From an uncultured bacterium (GTDB taxonomy: Bacteria; Verrucomicrobiota; Verrucomicrobiia; Limisphaerales; UBA8199), in assembly GCA_963749495.1 (NCBI GenBank), contig CAVVMW010000007.1, positions 1 through 64,000 of the forward strand: a DNA stretch of 64,000 nt. Reading direction: 5' to 3'. Below the pieces are notes generated by a model. It did not search any database, was not told the DNA's origin, and saw nothing but the letters and a program-made list of their open reading frames with translations. This document shows, one piece after another, positions 11,025 through 23,111 of the stretch (positions are counted from its first letter, which is position 1; every line of letters begins with the position of its first letter). The position numbers and the translations under genes are program-made.

Positions 11025-11762
11025 ATGAACAAGGTCATTCCCAGCGAAGTCCTCGATGTGCTCAAACAGTCACGGTGCGAGGAAAACAGACTGCACCTGC
11101 CACGCCATCTGCCCCGGGAGCTTTACGTCCAGACTGCCAAGATCATCGAACTGCTCGGCGGCAAATGGAACCGGAGCATCGGCGCCCACGTCTTTGACGG
11201 CGACTGCGCCGAGCGCGTGGATGAGGCGGTGATGGCTGGCGAGGTCACCGATTTCCAGAAGCTGTACCAGTTCTACGAGACGCCGCCCGAGTTGGCCCGC
11301 CGCATGGTCGCTTTGGCGGACATACGTGAAGGCCACAGGGTCCTGGAACCCAGTGCCGGCAGAGGCGCCATCCTGAAGGCGATGCCGCACACGGTCCACC
11401 GCACCGCGGTGGAATTGAACTCAGCCTTGGTCGATCTGGCGGCCCACGCCCAGCGCGTCCATTACGGCGACTTTCTGCAGTGCAACGGGGAATTCGGCGT
11501 CTTCGACCGGATCGTCGCCAACCCGCCCTTCCGCAGCGGCCAGGACGTTGACCACGTGCGCCACATGTATGACCTGCTCAAACCCGGTGGCATTCTCGTC
11601 ACGGTCATGTCGCCCGCCTGGCAGTATCGGACCGATCGCAAGCACGCCGGGTTCCGCGCCTGGCTCGATCAGTTGGAGCACGAAGTGGAAGAACTGCCGG
11701 AAGGCACGTTCAAAGCCAGCGGCACCAATATCCGCACGGTGCTGGTGAAGATCCGCAAATGA
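11025..11762 (+). CDS. Solitary SAM-dependent N6-adenine methyltransferase
   Basis: FYETPPELA, VLEPSAGRG and NPPF motifs. Confidence 0.85.
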   Translation: MNKVIPSEVLDVLKQSRCEENRLHLPRHLPRELYVQTAKIIELLGGKWNRSIGAHVFDGDCAERVDEAVMAGEVTDFQKLYQFYETPPELARRMVALADIREGHRVLEPSAGRGAILKAMPHTVHRTAVELNSALVDLAAHAQRVHYGDFLQCNGEFGVFDRIVANPPFRSGQDVDHVRHMYDLLKPGGILVTVMSPAWQYRTDRKHAGFRAWLDQLEHEVEELPEGTFKASGTNIRTVLVKIRK

Positions 11763-13333
11763 GATCACCGATCACCAATCGCGTGATCCTGCACTCCGGC
11801 GGCGCCACATCGCCGACTTTCGAGCTTTACCAGCGTCGCAGTGGCCGTTGCCGGCTCTGGACCTATTATTTTGACCAGGACGGTCAAGAGAGCGAGACCA
11901 TGGCCGTGTTCCGGGAGCCAGATTGGGCCAAAGCACGACTGAGGGCCAAAGATCTGCTCAAAGCAGCCCTGGGCACGGGCCTGGCCAAGAGGCGGAGCCG
12001 GATTACCGGCGCTCAGCACCGAGGAACCTCGACACGCAACCCCCGACGGGCCAATGAACTTTGAGGTGAGAAGACACGGGGCTGAGGAATTCACGCGCGT
12101 TCTCCTGCGCGCCTGGCGTTGTGACCCTCGCGAAAAAATCCGATTCCGCGTTGAAATCACCGGCAAGCAGGGAATCCTGCTTCTTGACCCCAGGATCAAG
12201 CAGGTCCGCAGGAGGACCAGAACTCGACCGGACCAGACCCTCACCACGTCCGACGGTCTCCTTTACGACTTGCCCGCAAGAGACCCGGAAGCATTGCTCG
12301 GCGGCCTGGCCTCGTTTACAGGCGCCCCTTCGGCTCGGATCCGGATGCTCTCCCGGCCAAGCAACGTGGAGATTGCAGCATTGAACCGAGTCGAACTGCA
12401 CGCCCTGGCAAAATTCGCTGCCGGCAAGAACTGGCGCGCCTTGCTTCCCCTCATTTTCCCTCCGCAATCGGAGTGGCGTGCAAGCGTCTTGTTGGACAGC
12501 GGGCGGGGTCGTTTTGCGCGATGCTGTGTCTGGCTGCCCGCTGCGGAAGTCAGGAGGCTCGTGCTCGAAAGGCCTGAGAGCGCAGCAAGCCTCCTCGCCG
12601 TCCGGTCCCCTGGAGTCGAGGCGGAACTCCCGCTGGAAGAGAAGCCGAACGCCATAGGGTCCGGCTTAACGCCGGCAGCGTCGGCACAATCATCGCTGCA
12701 GAATTGTCCGCGCTGCAACGGCCAGACTGAACTGAACGGAGATGGAAACCTGATTTGCCATTTCTGCGGCCAAGTGTTCCGTCCGAATACTGCGACAATA
12801 CCGGTGGCCGCATGAGTTCCCGACAATCCCAGTTTCCTCGGCCATCGAGGTCACTCTTTCAACGCCGGTAAAAGCCCTTCAAACAAGAGCGCATGAAGAA
12901 CCCGCGCCACTTTGTTGTGACCCTCTCCCACCGGGACGGCTTCACGCCGGGTTTAATCATCGCTCAGAAGGGCGAGGAAAAACCAGGCCCTGCGCAGGCG
13001 ATTAAGCTGCTGCGAATGGACATTGAGCCTGGTCGGGAAGAGTTCATCGAGGTCGTCGAGGTGAAGCCTTTCCTTTTGTCGAAGCCTCGGATCAAGCGGG
13101 AAATGACTGGAGACCAACGAGCCCGGCTGATCGCCAAGTGGGCCTCGCGGTTCTACGACATCACTGCGTCCTGGAAGGGCCCGCTCGGGATGCAATTGGC
13201 GTACCTGTTCGTGGCGATGGCCCGCGGCAGCCACGTCGCTTTGACCCGAAATTCCGCGCTGGTCCGATTATTGCGCCAGGAACCCGTGCCCGCGAACGAC
13301 CCCGTTTGGAGATTCATCCAGATTGAGGAGTAA
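11759..13333 (+). other. Three hypothetical CDS (11759-12064; 12054-12815 with C-terminal CxxC...CxxC zinc ribbon; 12893-13333)
   Basis: Tightly packed co-directional ORFs. Confidence 0.5.
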
Positions 13334-13408
13334 GCGCCCAGGGGGCGTTACCCGTTCTGCTTGGTGGCTCCGCTCGACCAGTAAACAGGCATCTGCGGCC
13401 AAGGGCGG

Positions 13409-14084
13409 TCAACTCATTGCCGGGGCGGGGATGGCCGGCGCCCGGTTCTCGATGCGCAAGCCCTTTTCATCCAGCAGGGCCTGCTCCCCGGGCTTGAGCA
13501 GGAGCAGCTCGCCACCGTCTTTGTCGATGTAAACGCGACCGGGTTCGCGCTTGTTTAACTGCTCAACCTGCTCGGTCGTGGCCTGCAAGGGAGGCGTTAC
13601 CGGATGAATGTCGCAAGCTGCCTCCAGACGCAGTTCCGTCGCGCGCAGGATGGCTTTGGTATCGCGCATCTCCGGCAGGGCCAGCTTGAACCAAGACTCG
13701 ACCTCCCGAATCACAGCCTCCCGGTTCTGCGTGCCGGCGGAAACCTTGCTGGCAATGAGCTCGCCGGCGGGATTGTTCGAAGGCCTTGGCATGGGCTTCG
13801 TGCTCCTGGCCGTCCAGTTTGAGCTGCTTCCGAACCTCACGCATCAGGCGTTTGGGGGCCAGCATTTCCATCATCGCCTCACCAGTGAGCGCCAGATCCG
13901 GCTTCTCGCGGGGCACGCGCCAGAGAATCTTCTCAATCACCCCGCGTTCGGCGCCCAACTCACCCAGGGCGGCTGCATGCACGACATAAGCATTGGCGAC
14001 GCTGCCCCCATGGGCCCCGAGCCACTGTTGGATTTCGCGGACCCGCTCCTCATTGGGCGCAGGTTTCGGCAATTTGACTTTCAT
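13409..14084 (-). pseudogene. Hypothetical protein with one frameshift near 13775
   Basis: MKVKLPKPAP... frame switches to ...AGELIASKVSAG frame. Confidence 0.4.
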
Positions 14085-14114
14085 ATCTCCATTGTAAGGC
14101 GCTACGGGCGTGTT

Positions 14115-14942
14115 TATGGGGTCAAACTGAAAAATGTGACCCTCGACAAGCTCAGGGATGCTCTCCGAAAGGCTCAAATCGTCTTCACTGAACGCCCTGT
14201 GCCCCACGCCAACCCCGCCACGACGGCTCTCGTGGTGCAGCGAGCAGGATATGAGATGTCCGTTACCCCAACGGTCTATTACGATGGCCCAGTAGTGGAG
14301 ATACGGCCGAGCGGGGGTCCCGCGATCCGCTTCCACACGAACAGGGACCCGGCCGAACTGGTCGCAGCCATGGATACTTTGGTCCAGGTGCAGCGATTGG
14401 CGGGCCGGTTGCAGCCCAAATGGGCGACACGGCAGTTAGCCCTGCTTACAGGACGCAGGCCCGGGAGTCCAGTGTTGGTTTACCAAGCCGGTTGCGCGCG
14501 CCTCGGCATAATTCCACGGCCGCCAAGTTTCAACCAAATCCACAAACATGCCGCGGTCAAAGAGTACCGGCTCGGCGCTTCGCCAAAACTGATCGCCAGA
14601 GACCTGGCCCAACTGCACCAGCAAAACACACCCAGGCGTTCCTGGCAAAGCGTCACCGATGACTGGAACTGCCGATACGGCGCCGCATTCGGGCACGAAC
14701 TGACGTTGAGCGCCTCGTACATCTATGCCTGGAACGGGATGCGTTTCCTGCTGGATGGCGACGATCTGGCCCTGGACGTGTGGGCACTGGTTTGCAGCGC
14801 GGCTTTTCCCGAAGCAATACGCTTGCTGGAGTCCATCCAGGCCGTTCTGGGCAAGGCTGTGAAGGATCGAGCAAGCAACCAGAGGCCTGCCTCCGCAGCC
14901 GCCCTCCACGCCCCGCTCCCAACTGAAACCCCATCCAACTAA
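14115..14942 (+). CDS. Hypothetical protein (start uncertain)
   Basis: 3' part of ORF 13608-14942 abuts the ligA start. Confidence 0.45.
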   Translation, partial: YGVKLKNVTLDKLRDALRKAQIVFTERPVPHANPATTALVVQRAGYEMSVTPTVYYDGPVVEIRPSGGPAIRFHTNRDPAELVAAMDTLVQVQRLAGRLQPKWATRQLALLTGRRPGSPVLVYQAGCARLGIIPRPPSFNQIHKHAAVKEYRLGASPKLIARDLAQLHQQNTPRRSWQSVTDDWNCRYGAAFGHELTLSASYIYAWNGMRFLLDGDDLALDVWALVCSAAFPEAIRLLESIQAVLGKAVKDRASNQRPASAAALHAPLPTETPSN

Positions 14943-14948
14943 GAGCAT

Positions 14949-16928
14949 ATGAAAAATGATGGCGGCACAAATTCACGGCTTTCCGAGTTGAGGCGTCTGA
15001 TCGATGAAGCGGATGGGGCCTATTACACACGGGGACAAGCCCGCGTGGAGGACGCCTTGTACGACCAGTGGAAGGAGGAACTCGCGCGCCTGGCGCCTGG
15101 GGACCCGCGACTCAAAACGGTCGGCGCCAGCATCCAGGACAGCCATCTGCAGAAACGGCAGCACACGATTCCCATGGGATCCCTCTCCAAAGCCGTCGAT
15201 CTGGCAGAGTTCCAGAAATGGGTGAAGGGGATCGGGGCTGAGGGCGAATTGCTGCACGCCTCCTACAAGATGGATGGAGGTTCCTTCTCGTTCGAGTTCC
15301 AGAATGGGCGCCTGGTGGCCGCCATCTCGCGCGGAGACGGGTTGGCGGGCGAGGACATCACCGCCAACGCCCTCAAGTTCCGGGGCATCCCCGCGCGGTG
15401 CCTGTTTGAAGGCCGGCCCTTTACAGGATTCATGCGCGGGGAAGTCATCCTGCCGACCGAGGATTGGTCGGCCCAAGTGGACCCCGATGCCCTCTCCAAC
15501 CCGCGCAACTGCTGCGTGGGCATCGCCCGCCGGAAGAACGGGCAGCAAAGCGACCTTCTCAAGGTGTTTGCTTTCCGCGCTTTCGACAGCAGCGGCCAGC
15601 CGCTATGCGCCACGGAGACAGCACAGACTCATGCCATGCGCAACCTCGGGTTTGAATACGCTCCGAGCTTTACGGGGACAGCCGAGGCCGTTTGGGAGTG
15701 GTACCTGAAAACCCAGCAGGAGCGGCCCAAGCTGCCGTACTGGATCGACGGCATCGTCGTCAAGTTGGACAACATCGCCGAGCAGCTTGCCTTGGGTGAG
15801 GCCGACCAGCGGCCCAAAGGGCAGGTGGCGCTAAAATTTGAAGCGGAAGGGGCGGAGACGATCATTCGCCGTGTGACCATCAGTGTCGGCCACACGGGAT
15901 GCGTGGTGCCGACAGCCGTGTTCGACCCGGTTCAAATCGGCGGCACAACCGTTACTGCCGCGACCCTCTGCAACTGGGACAACATCCGTCAGCTCAATGT
16001 CGGCATCGGGGACAAGGTCCGGGTGATCAAAGCCGGGGACATCATTCCGCGCATCCTGGAGCTCGTGGAAAAGTCGCCGGAATCCGCCGCCATTCCAGAA
16101 CCTGCGTGCTGCCCCGCGTGCCAGGGCAAAGTCGGCCGCCGCAGCAATGTCTCGGGGGACGACAGCACGGCGCTCTACTGCCTCAACCCGGAATGCTCCG
16201 CGAAGCTCTACGGGAAGATCGAGCGCTTCCTTTCATCGCTGGACATCGTCGGTGTTGGTGAGAACCTCATCCAAGCCCTGATCGAGGAGATGGCGGTCAG
16301 GGATGCGGCGGACCTTTACACCCTCAAAGATCGGCGCGATGAACTGGCCGCGCTTAGGCTCGGGAGCGGCGTCCGGCTAGGTCAGAAGCGCGCGGACAAG
16401 TTCCTCGCCGAGGTCGAGAAACGACGGCGCCTGACGCTCAGCCAACTCCTGGGCTCCCTGGGCATCTTCGGACTCGGCAAGCGGCGCGTGGCCTTGATCC
16501 AGCAAGCCGTGCCGGGCGAATTCAACACCCTCAACGATTGGCTCTCGGACAAACTGGTTCGACTCGCCGACCAGGCGGGAGTGCCCAACATCGGCCGGCG
16601 ATTGCAGGAGGATCTTCTTGCCCAGAAGCCGCTCATCCAAAAGTTCCTCGGCGCCGGAGTGGAGATCATCGGTCCGGAGACCCCGGTGTCGGGCAAAGCC
16701 GCTGGATACCGGTTTTGCATCACCGGTTCGCTTTCCCAGCCCAAGAGCCACTTCGAGCAACTGATCCGGGCCAAGGGGCACGATTACACGGACACGTTCA
16801 GCAAGGAGATCACCCATCTCGTGGCCGCCGATCCGGCCTCCGGGTCCAGCAAGCTGCAGAAGGCTCGGAAGGCGGGCATCCCGGTCATTTCGGAGGCGGA
16901 ACTCCTGGCGCTGCTCGGAACAGCATAG
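14949..16928 (+). CDS. ligA: NAD-dependent DNA ligase
   Basis: PMGSLSK, KMDG adenylation motif, RGDG..GEDIT, DGIVVK, OB fold, Cys4 zinc finger, C-terminal BRCT. Confidence 0.95.
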   Translation: MKNDGGTNSRLSELRRLIDEADGAYYTRGQARVEDALYDQWKEELARLAPGDPRLKTVGASIQDSHLQKRQHTIPMGSLSKAVDLAEFQKWVKGIGAEGELLHASYKMDGGSFSFEFQNGRLVAAISRGDGLAGEDITANALKFRGIPARCLFEGRPFTGFMRGEVILPTEDWSAQVDPDALSNPRNCCVGIARRKNGQQSDLLKVFAFRAFDSSGQPLCATETAQTHAMRNLGFEYAPSFTGTAEAVWEWYLKTQQERPKLPYWIDGIVVKLDNIAEQLALGEADQRPKGQVALKFEAEGAETIIRRVTISVGHTGCVVPTAVFDPVQIGGTTVTAATLCNWDNIRQLNVGIGDKVRVIKAGDIIPRILELVEKSPESAAIPEPACCPACQGKVGRRSNVSGDDSTALYCLNPECSAKLYGKIERFLSSLDIVGVGENLIQALIEEMAVRDAADLYTLKDRRDELAALRLGSGVRLGQKRADKFLAEVEKRRRLTLSQLLGSLGIFGLGKRRVALIQQAVPGEFNTLNDWLSDKLVRLADQAGVPNIGRRLQEDLLAQKPLIQKFLGAGVEIIGPETPVSGKAAGYRFCITGSLSQPKSHFEQLIRAKGHDYTDTFSKEITHLVAADPASGSSKLQKARKAGIPVISEAELLALLGTA

Positions 16929-16974
16929 GCGCCAGGAAAAGCGCCGTGCAGGCGATCTCCAGCCACCACCACCC

Positions 16975-17289
16975 ATGAGCGGCACCGAAAACGGATTGGT
17001 TTCATTTCCGCCAAGCACCGCCACGCGCTGCCTGGGACGGAACGGGACTATCATCGCAGTCGGCATCTATGTGGACGGTTTCGACCATAAAATCATCCTC
17101 ACCCCTCAGAATTCCCGCCGCCAGATGGCGAGATGCACCATCGAAATTCCGAATGATTCGCGCGTTATCATTGGATTCATCCTGGAGCTCCTGAAGAACA
17201 GCCCCGGCACCCGCGAAGCGTTGCAGCAGGAACTGGCTCGCACCAACTCGCACTCCAGTCCAACGGCAAAAGAGATTCAATCCCGCTGA
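16975..17289 (+). CDS. Hypothetical protein
   Basis: Fills the gap between ligA and the PAPS-reductase-like gene. Confidence 0.5.
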   Translation: MSGTENGLVSFPPSTATRCLGRNGTIIAVGIYVDGFDHKIILTPQNSRRQMARCTIEIPNDSRVIIGFILELLKNSPGTREALQQELARTNSHSSPTAKEIQSR

Positions 17290-17307
17290 CCTGGCCAAAC
17301 AAGAGAT

Positions 17308-18270
17308 GTGGTCAATCCCCTCGATTACGACCATGTCGTGGTCGCATTCTCCGGCGGCAAAGACTCCACCGCCGCCTTTCTCCATTTGCTCGAACGCAAC
17401 GTGCCCAAGAGCCGGATTGAGCTCTGGCACCATGACATTGATGGCCGCGAGGGATCGCACCTGATGGATTGGCCGAGCACGCCGGCTTATTGCGCGGCCT
17501 TTGCCCGCGCCTTTGGCGTTCCTCTCTATTTCTCCTGGAGGATCGGAGGATTCGAGCGGGAAATGCTGAGAGACCGGACACCGACCGCGCCCGTCCACTG
17601 GGAAAATCCAGGAGGCTCGCTCGGACAGGCTGGCGGGAAAGGCCCTCCCGGAACGCGCCTCAAGTTCCCGCAGGTTTCGTCAAATCTCGCCGTTCGCTGG
17701 TGCTCGGCCTATCTGAAGATTGATGTTGCTGTAATCGCGCTGCGCAACCAGCCGCGCTTTCGGGGGAAGAAGACCTTGTTCATCAGCGGTGAACGGGCCG
17801 AAGAAAGCGCCTGCCGCGCCCGCTACAAGGAGTTCGAAACGGATCGAACCACCAGCATCAAGAGAACCGTGCATCGCTGGAGGCCGATCCATTCGTGGAA
17901 GGAACAGCAGGTGTGGGAAATCATGCGGAGACACCGTGTCAATCCGCATCCGGCCTACCGCCTCGGCTGGAGTCGGCTTTCCTGTCGAGGGTGCATTTTT
18001 GGCCTGCCCGGTCAATGGGCATCTCTAAAGGCGGTTGACCCGGTTGGCTTTTCACTTCTGTCGAAATACGAGCGCCAGTTTGGGGTCACCATCCATCGGC
18101 GCAAATCACTCGAGGAGATGGCAGCCACGGGGAGACCATTCGTTGGATGTGGAGATCAGCGACTCAGCGAGGAGTCCCTGAATCCGAATTGGAATCACCC
18201 CATCCTCCTGCCAGAAGCCTCATGGCAGCTTCCGGTTGGCGCTTTTACGAGGGGTGGCGGGCCTACGTAA
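17308..18270 (+). CDS. Phosphoadenosine phosphosulfate (PAPS) reductase-family protein
   Basis: PP-loop AFSGGKDS, RWCSAYLKI, GERAEES..R, HPAYRLGWSRLSC..CIF. Confidence 0.88.
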   Translation: MVNPLDYDHVVVAFSGGKDSTAAFLHLLERNVPKSRIELWHHDIDGREGSHLMDWPSTPAYCAAFARAFGVPLYFSWRIGGFEREMLRDRTPTAPVHWENPGGSLGQAGGKGPPGTRLKFPQVSSNLAVRWCSAYLKIDVAVIALRNQPRFRGKKTLFISGERAEESACRARYKEFETDRTTSIKRTVHRWRPIHSWKEQQVWEIMRRHRVNPHPAYRLGWSRLSCRGCIFGLPGQWASLKAVDPVGFSLLSKYERQFGVTIHRRKSLEEMAATGRPFVGCGDQRLSEESLNPNWNHPILLPEASWQLPVGAFTRGGGPT

Positions 18271-18302
18271 GCTGGCCAAACACCTCAAAATCTTGAACCG
18301 AC

Positions 18303-21120
18303 GTGAATCCGAGAAAGTCACTCTTAATCAAACAGGAAATCCGCCGCCTGGAACGCCGGCTCAAAGGACTGCGACAGCGGCTTAAGATTTCCGACCGCAA
18401 CGCCGTTATTGCCCTTTATGACGGCGATGTGGATGAACGGATTGCGGTGGAAGCCGACGGGCTCGGAGGCGCCCGCGTTGTCCGCGCTGAAGGGAACTAT
18501 CCCATCGATTATTCCTCCCGCGACGAAAGGCGCTTTCAAAACGAGGAAACCGCCGGGCGCGCCGCTCACTGTCTTGCGGAAGGCAACATCGGCAGCCTGT
18601 CGCAATTCGATCCGCACAAGGCCTACCCGTGTGAAGAGTGACCCATGCGCGATGTCGTCAAGCGGCCGAGCAAGGGCTGGCGACTGTATTTCCAGCCGCT
18701 TTATTGGCACCCTGGGGCGGTCAACCCCAGGTTGACCGGCATTCGGGTCGTGGGCGTCTCCCGCCGCGCGCCGGCGCCCACCGGCGCCACGCTCCAGGAG
18801 AATATCGAATTCTCCGCGCGAATCCGCTTCTCGTATGCGGGCAAGGGCAGTTCCTGCGCGGTGGCCGTGTTTGAAGACGCCGAGCCGGGCAAGCCGCACA
18901 TCTACCGGATGTCGTCGCCGGAACTGGGCGAACTGTTCCGCGGCATACAAACCGGACAATTCCCGGTCAGCGCCGAGGGGATCGAGGTGCGCCTCACATT
19001 CGTCAAAAAAGGCCCCGCCGTGTTTGCCCGCCCGGTCCTTCTCTAAGCGCCGGAGCGTGCAGTACCGCGGCAGGCCGACTCTGACGCCAAACAAAAGGCG
19101 TGAAGCGAGAGGCAAGGCAATTCAACTGCCGGAAGGGCGACACGGTAATCCTGGCACAACGCAAGCGCGGCAGGCTGGTCCGCAAAGCCCTCACGGTCGT
19201 GCGGACCGTGATAAGGAACGAGCACGGACGCCCGCTGCATTTCCCGGCCGCTGGTCTTGGCAACGGAATTCCTCAGTGCCGGGCGGCAGCGAATGACCTT
19301 GAAGGAACTCGAGATTGAAGGCTCATGAACCTCTCCCTCCGCGACGCACTGGAGACGCAGACGCACCTGCTGCAACGGCGTCTGATTGGACAAGGCAAAA
19401 TCTTGTCCCCGGACCTTCAAGCGGTATTTCAACGGTTCCCTGAACTCCAGGAGTTGTGGGGCCACGTTGCGCCCGAGGCGGGAAAGCCAACCGGGATCGC
19501 CGCCAGCCCGGATAACCAGATACTTGCGTTCCCAATTCTCCACGCCAGGGTTTTGCCTCCTGCGCGCAGCGCATTTCCCGACGCGGAACAGGTGATCCTG
19601 CTGATCCTGCGGAACGGCACGACGTTCTATTTTCTAAAGGAACTGTTCTCCCATCTCCACGATGTAAACAGGGAATTGCAGGGGGCCTACCTGCTCACGC
19701 CCGAGGCCACATTGTTGAACCGGTTGCCCAGCAGCCAAACCTGCCAGGGACCGCACCTGGTCGTTGCCGAAGGAGCCTTGGCCTGGGCGACGGAAAACTT
19801 CGAGGTGCTGCGAGAGACGCGGTACTGCGCCGTTCAAAGCTGGAACGAAGCGCTGGCAGCGCTGGAAAAGGCAATCCAGGAAACGAATTCGGATCGGCGC
19901 TTGGGGCTTTACCACACTTCCGTCCGTCAACTGTTGGCCCGCTTCACCTGTTTGATGCAGACCCAGGCGGAGAACTACGTTTTCAGCGGCCGGGCGGAGC
20001 TCGACAAATGCCTGGTGGATTGCGTCCCGCCCAGGAAACAGAGCCCGCCTGAAGAACCTGCCCGGCGGGTTGATTTCGATCGCGCCGTCATCTGCTACCA
20101 CAAAGCCTCGAAAACGCCCGTTTTCCTGAAAAAGCTTCACCTGCCGGTGCGTCTGGAGGCGCGGCTGCGGCAAAGAATGCAGGACACCAAAGACACCTTG
20201 GAGCAGTGCCGCTTGACTCAAGGACGCTTTCCCGGGTTCAGCGAAATCACGGAAGTGGTCCAGCTAGCGGCCCAAAAGCACCTTCTCCTGGACGAGAATG
20301 GATTCAGCACCTTGTGGAATGCGGCAACGCCGATCTCCGCAGACATCGTCAAGGCCGACTACTGCGTTCCGGTGGTCCAAATGCAGTTTCCGCCGCAGGT
20401 ATGGAGCACCTGTTGCCATCTGCTGCCCAAGGCAGAGGTCCAGGCCCTGATGAATGTAACTCCGGAAGAAGATCCCTTCTGCCTGGCTCCTGGTTTCCTG
20501 GCTTACCTGCGGAACGGGAGCCAAGCGTGCGGCGAAAAGGAGCCGGCGAACAGGGTTTGGTTTACGAACCTTTGCGCGTATCTCGAGCGCCGCCTGTCAC
20601 CGTTGCACAGTCCGCAACGCGACGAAATCCTGGCCCTGGCGCCAACGGGACGGCCCCCATATCAGGTGGGCGGCGTGCTTCGGCGCACCCGACAAGAGCA
20701 GGCGGGCTATTATGGGCTGACTCCCGAACGCCACCCTTTTGGCCTGCTTCAACCGGGAGCCACCTGCGCGGAGACCATTCGCAAACTCTGCCGAAACCAG
20801 CCATTTCTCGAATGGAGGCTGGAACCGGACGCAGCCAGAAACAGATGAAAGCCGTATCACCGGAGGGCGAGGAGATTATCGGGACGCTGGAGATTGTCGA
20901 AGGAACCTCCTGCGCCGACGTGAGCCTCTGCCAAAATGCGAGATTGAAAGTGGATTATTGCGGGGAAACCGACGTGGACTGGAACAGCCAGCAGACCGAG
21001 ACCGACAAGGGGGAACGCCTGTTCGTTTGCTCTCGGCACAAGGTGTGGCGCGAGAGCCAAGTTCTTGAGGCGACCAAGGCGCGTCGCGGCAAGGAGCCAG
21101 GCCCACGACGGCGTGGCTAG
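18303..21120 (+). other. Hypothetical CDS cluster (18303-18641, 18645-19046, 19100-19318, 19325-20848, 20845-21120)
   Basis: Contiguous co-directional ORFs with abutting or overlapping start/stop codons. Confidence 0.55.
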
Positions 21121-21148
21121 GGACTTTCCACCGACGAGCCGAACATCA

Positions 21149-22441
21149 ATGCAACTGCAAATCCCACTCGAGCTGTTCCGTGGCCTTAAGTTGGAGAAAA
21201 GGGACCTGCTCGACCTCGCCAAGCGGACCCAGCAACCTTTTGTGGGGGTGGGCCACCAATTTCTGCCGGAACCAGACCGCCTCACCCTGTTTGAGGCCTG
21301 CCAAAAGCGCCAGAATCCCTCGAAGGAGATTAGCCGACTGAAGCGACAGTTGAGGAGCCTGATTGACGTTCAGGCAAACCCGCTGCTGAACAAGATCAAA
21401 TCCGTCGGCGCGTTGAAGGAGGCGCTGGTCCTTTGCCTGGACAAACTGCCTCGTTATTGGGTGTTTCTGCGCAACAACGAGCTTCAGCACTGGCTCCCTT
21501 ACGTGGTCGAGGGGGTGAGCGAAGACAACGGGGGCCGATATTCCGCGCCGCACGTCCGGCTGCGCCTGGTCGCCTGGCAGTTGGGGCAACGAAAGGAAGT
21601 CACGCTGGATTTCTTCAACCGGGATCTGCGCGGCAAGAACCTTTCCCAGATCCTTGAGGCATCCGGCGTGCGTCTGGAATCCGAGGATCTCTTGAATCGA
21701 TACCAGGATGACGTTGACCGTTATCTGGTGATCCCCCAGGAGACCCGCCGACTGCTCGAGGTGTTGCGGCACGCCCTGCGGCTCCAAGATCGCGACGTCG
21801 TCTCCGGGAAGACCGGGGGCTGCCTGATCCTGCTGAAGGGTGATCCTGGTCTGGGCAAGACCCTGACGGCCCAGGTGTTCGCCGAACAGAACCACCGGCC
21901 GCTCTACGAGCTGCAATGCTCTCAGCTCGGCATCAGCCCCCCGGAAGTGGAGGAGAACCTGCGCCAAGCCCTGCTGCGCGCCCGGCGCTGGAACGCCGTC
22001 CTGCTGATCAACGAGGCCGATGTCTATGTCCGCGCCCGCGCCGACGACATCGTTCAGAACGCGATCGTCGGCGTTTTCCTGCGCCTGCTGGAGAACTTGA
22101 GCGGCCTTTGTTTCCTGACCACCAACAAGGGAACCACCATCGACAACGCTATCAGTTCCAGAGCGCTGGTTCACGTGGACTACCAGTATCCTGACCCCGG
22201 CGGGCGCAGAGAACTTTTCCGCATCCAAACCGAGATCCAAAAAGTCGACCTTTCTGACGCTGCCTGGCGGGATGCCGCCCAAGAACATCACTTGTCCGGC
22301 CGCGACATCCGCCAATTGGTCAAGCTGGTTAAGCTGCTCGCAGTCCAGACAGGGAAGCCGGCAACGGCAGAGGATCTGGTTTGGGCGCTGAGGTGGCGCC
22401 CGAACGGCAGCGCGAAAGCGGACGAAACTCCAAAAGGGTGA
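21149..22441 (+). CDS. AAA+ ATPase
   Basis: Walker A GDPGLGKT, variant Walker B VLLINEAD, FLRLLE...FLTTN. Confidence 0.85.
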   Translation: MQLQIPLELFRGLKLEKRDLLDLAKRTQQPFVGVGHQFLPEPDRLTLFEACQKRQNPSKEISRLKRQLRSLIDVQANPLLNKIKSVGALKEALVLCLDKLPRYWVFLRNNELQHWLPYVVEGVSEDNGGRYSAPHVRLRLVAWQLGQRKEVTLDFFNRDLRGKNLSQILEASGVRLESEDLLNRYQDDVDRYLVIPQETRRLLEVLRHALRLQDRDVVSGKTGGCLILLKGDPGLGKTLTAQVFAEQNHRPLYELQCSQLGISPPEVEENLRQALLRARRWNAVLLINEADVYVRARADDIVQNAIVGVFLRLLENLSGLCFLTTNKGTTIDNAISSRALVHVDYQYPDPGGRRELFRIQTEIQKVDLSDAAWRDAAQEHHLSGRDIRQLVKLVKLLAVQTGKPATAEDLVWALRWRPNGSAKADETPKG

Positions 22442-22610
22442 GCAACAAGGTTGCGAATCCGAAACCGCCTAATTGGTACCGCCGGAAAAGCGCACGCGGC
22501 CGATGGGATGTCTTCGACGGCAAGGGCAAGCTGGTGAAAGCCGATTTGACCCGGCGCGAAGCTGCTTCGCTGATTGGGGAGCAATGGGATATCGAGGGGA
22601 GGACTGTGGG

Positions 22611-23048
22611 ATGGCTGTGAGCGCGCGCAGACCTCGCGTGTTTGAGACGGCACACGACGCGGCCCGCAGCGTTCGCGGGAAGTGGCGGGAATGGCGGGCA
22701 GCCGGAGTAACCTTTTCCAAGTTTCACAAGCCTGGGACAGCCTTCGCATTGCCCTTCGACCCCAACGATTATCTGTGGGCCGGGCCGGTGACGTTGAGGC
22801 TCGACATTCCAGAAGGCGGAGAGGTGTTCTGCCGTAAAGGGCATTACCGGCGCGGAGTGCGCAAATACCTCGGCCAGCTTAAGCGTGGCGAGCGACTCCC
22901 TCCCGTCGTATTGCTGTACCACGAGGCCTGGGACTGGACCATGCAGGACGGCAATCACCGGATGGAGGCGCTCATCACGCACCGGGCACCAACCTACGAA
23001 GCCTTCCTGGGCAAACCCAAGCGGCGCAAACCCATCGACGAATTTTGA
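22611..23048 (+). CDS. ParB/Srx N-terminal-domain protein
   Basis: LPPVVL...QDGNHRMEAL motif. Confidence 0.7.
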   Translation: MAVSARRPRVFETAHDAARSVRGKWREWRAAGVTFSKFHKPGTAFALPFDPNDYLWAGPVTLRLDIPEGGEVFCRKGHYRRGVRKYLGQLKRGERLPPVVLLYHEAWDWTMQDGNHRMEALITHRAPTYEAFLGKPKRRKPIDEF

Positions 23049-23111
23049 AAGGCCGCGGGCGGCTGATCTCCAGCCGAGATTGGCTTCGCCCGGCAAACCG
23101 CAGTGCCAAGA

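Noticed and set aside
17308..18270. Sulfate assimilation cysH or a complete Dnd phosphorothioation system
   Set aside because: No cys operon and no dndA/B/D/E genes recognised nearby.
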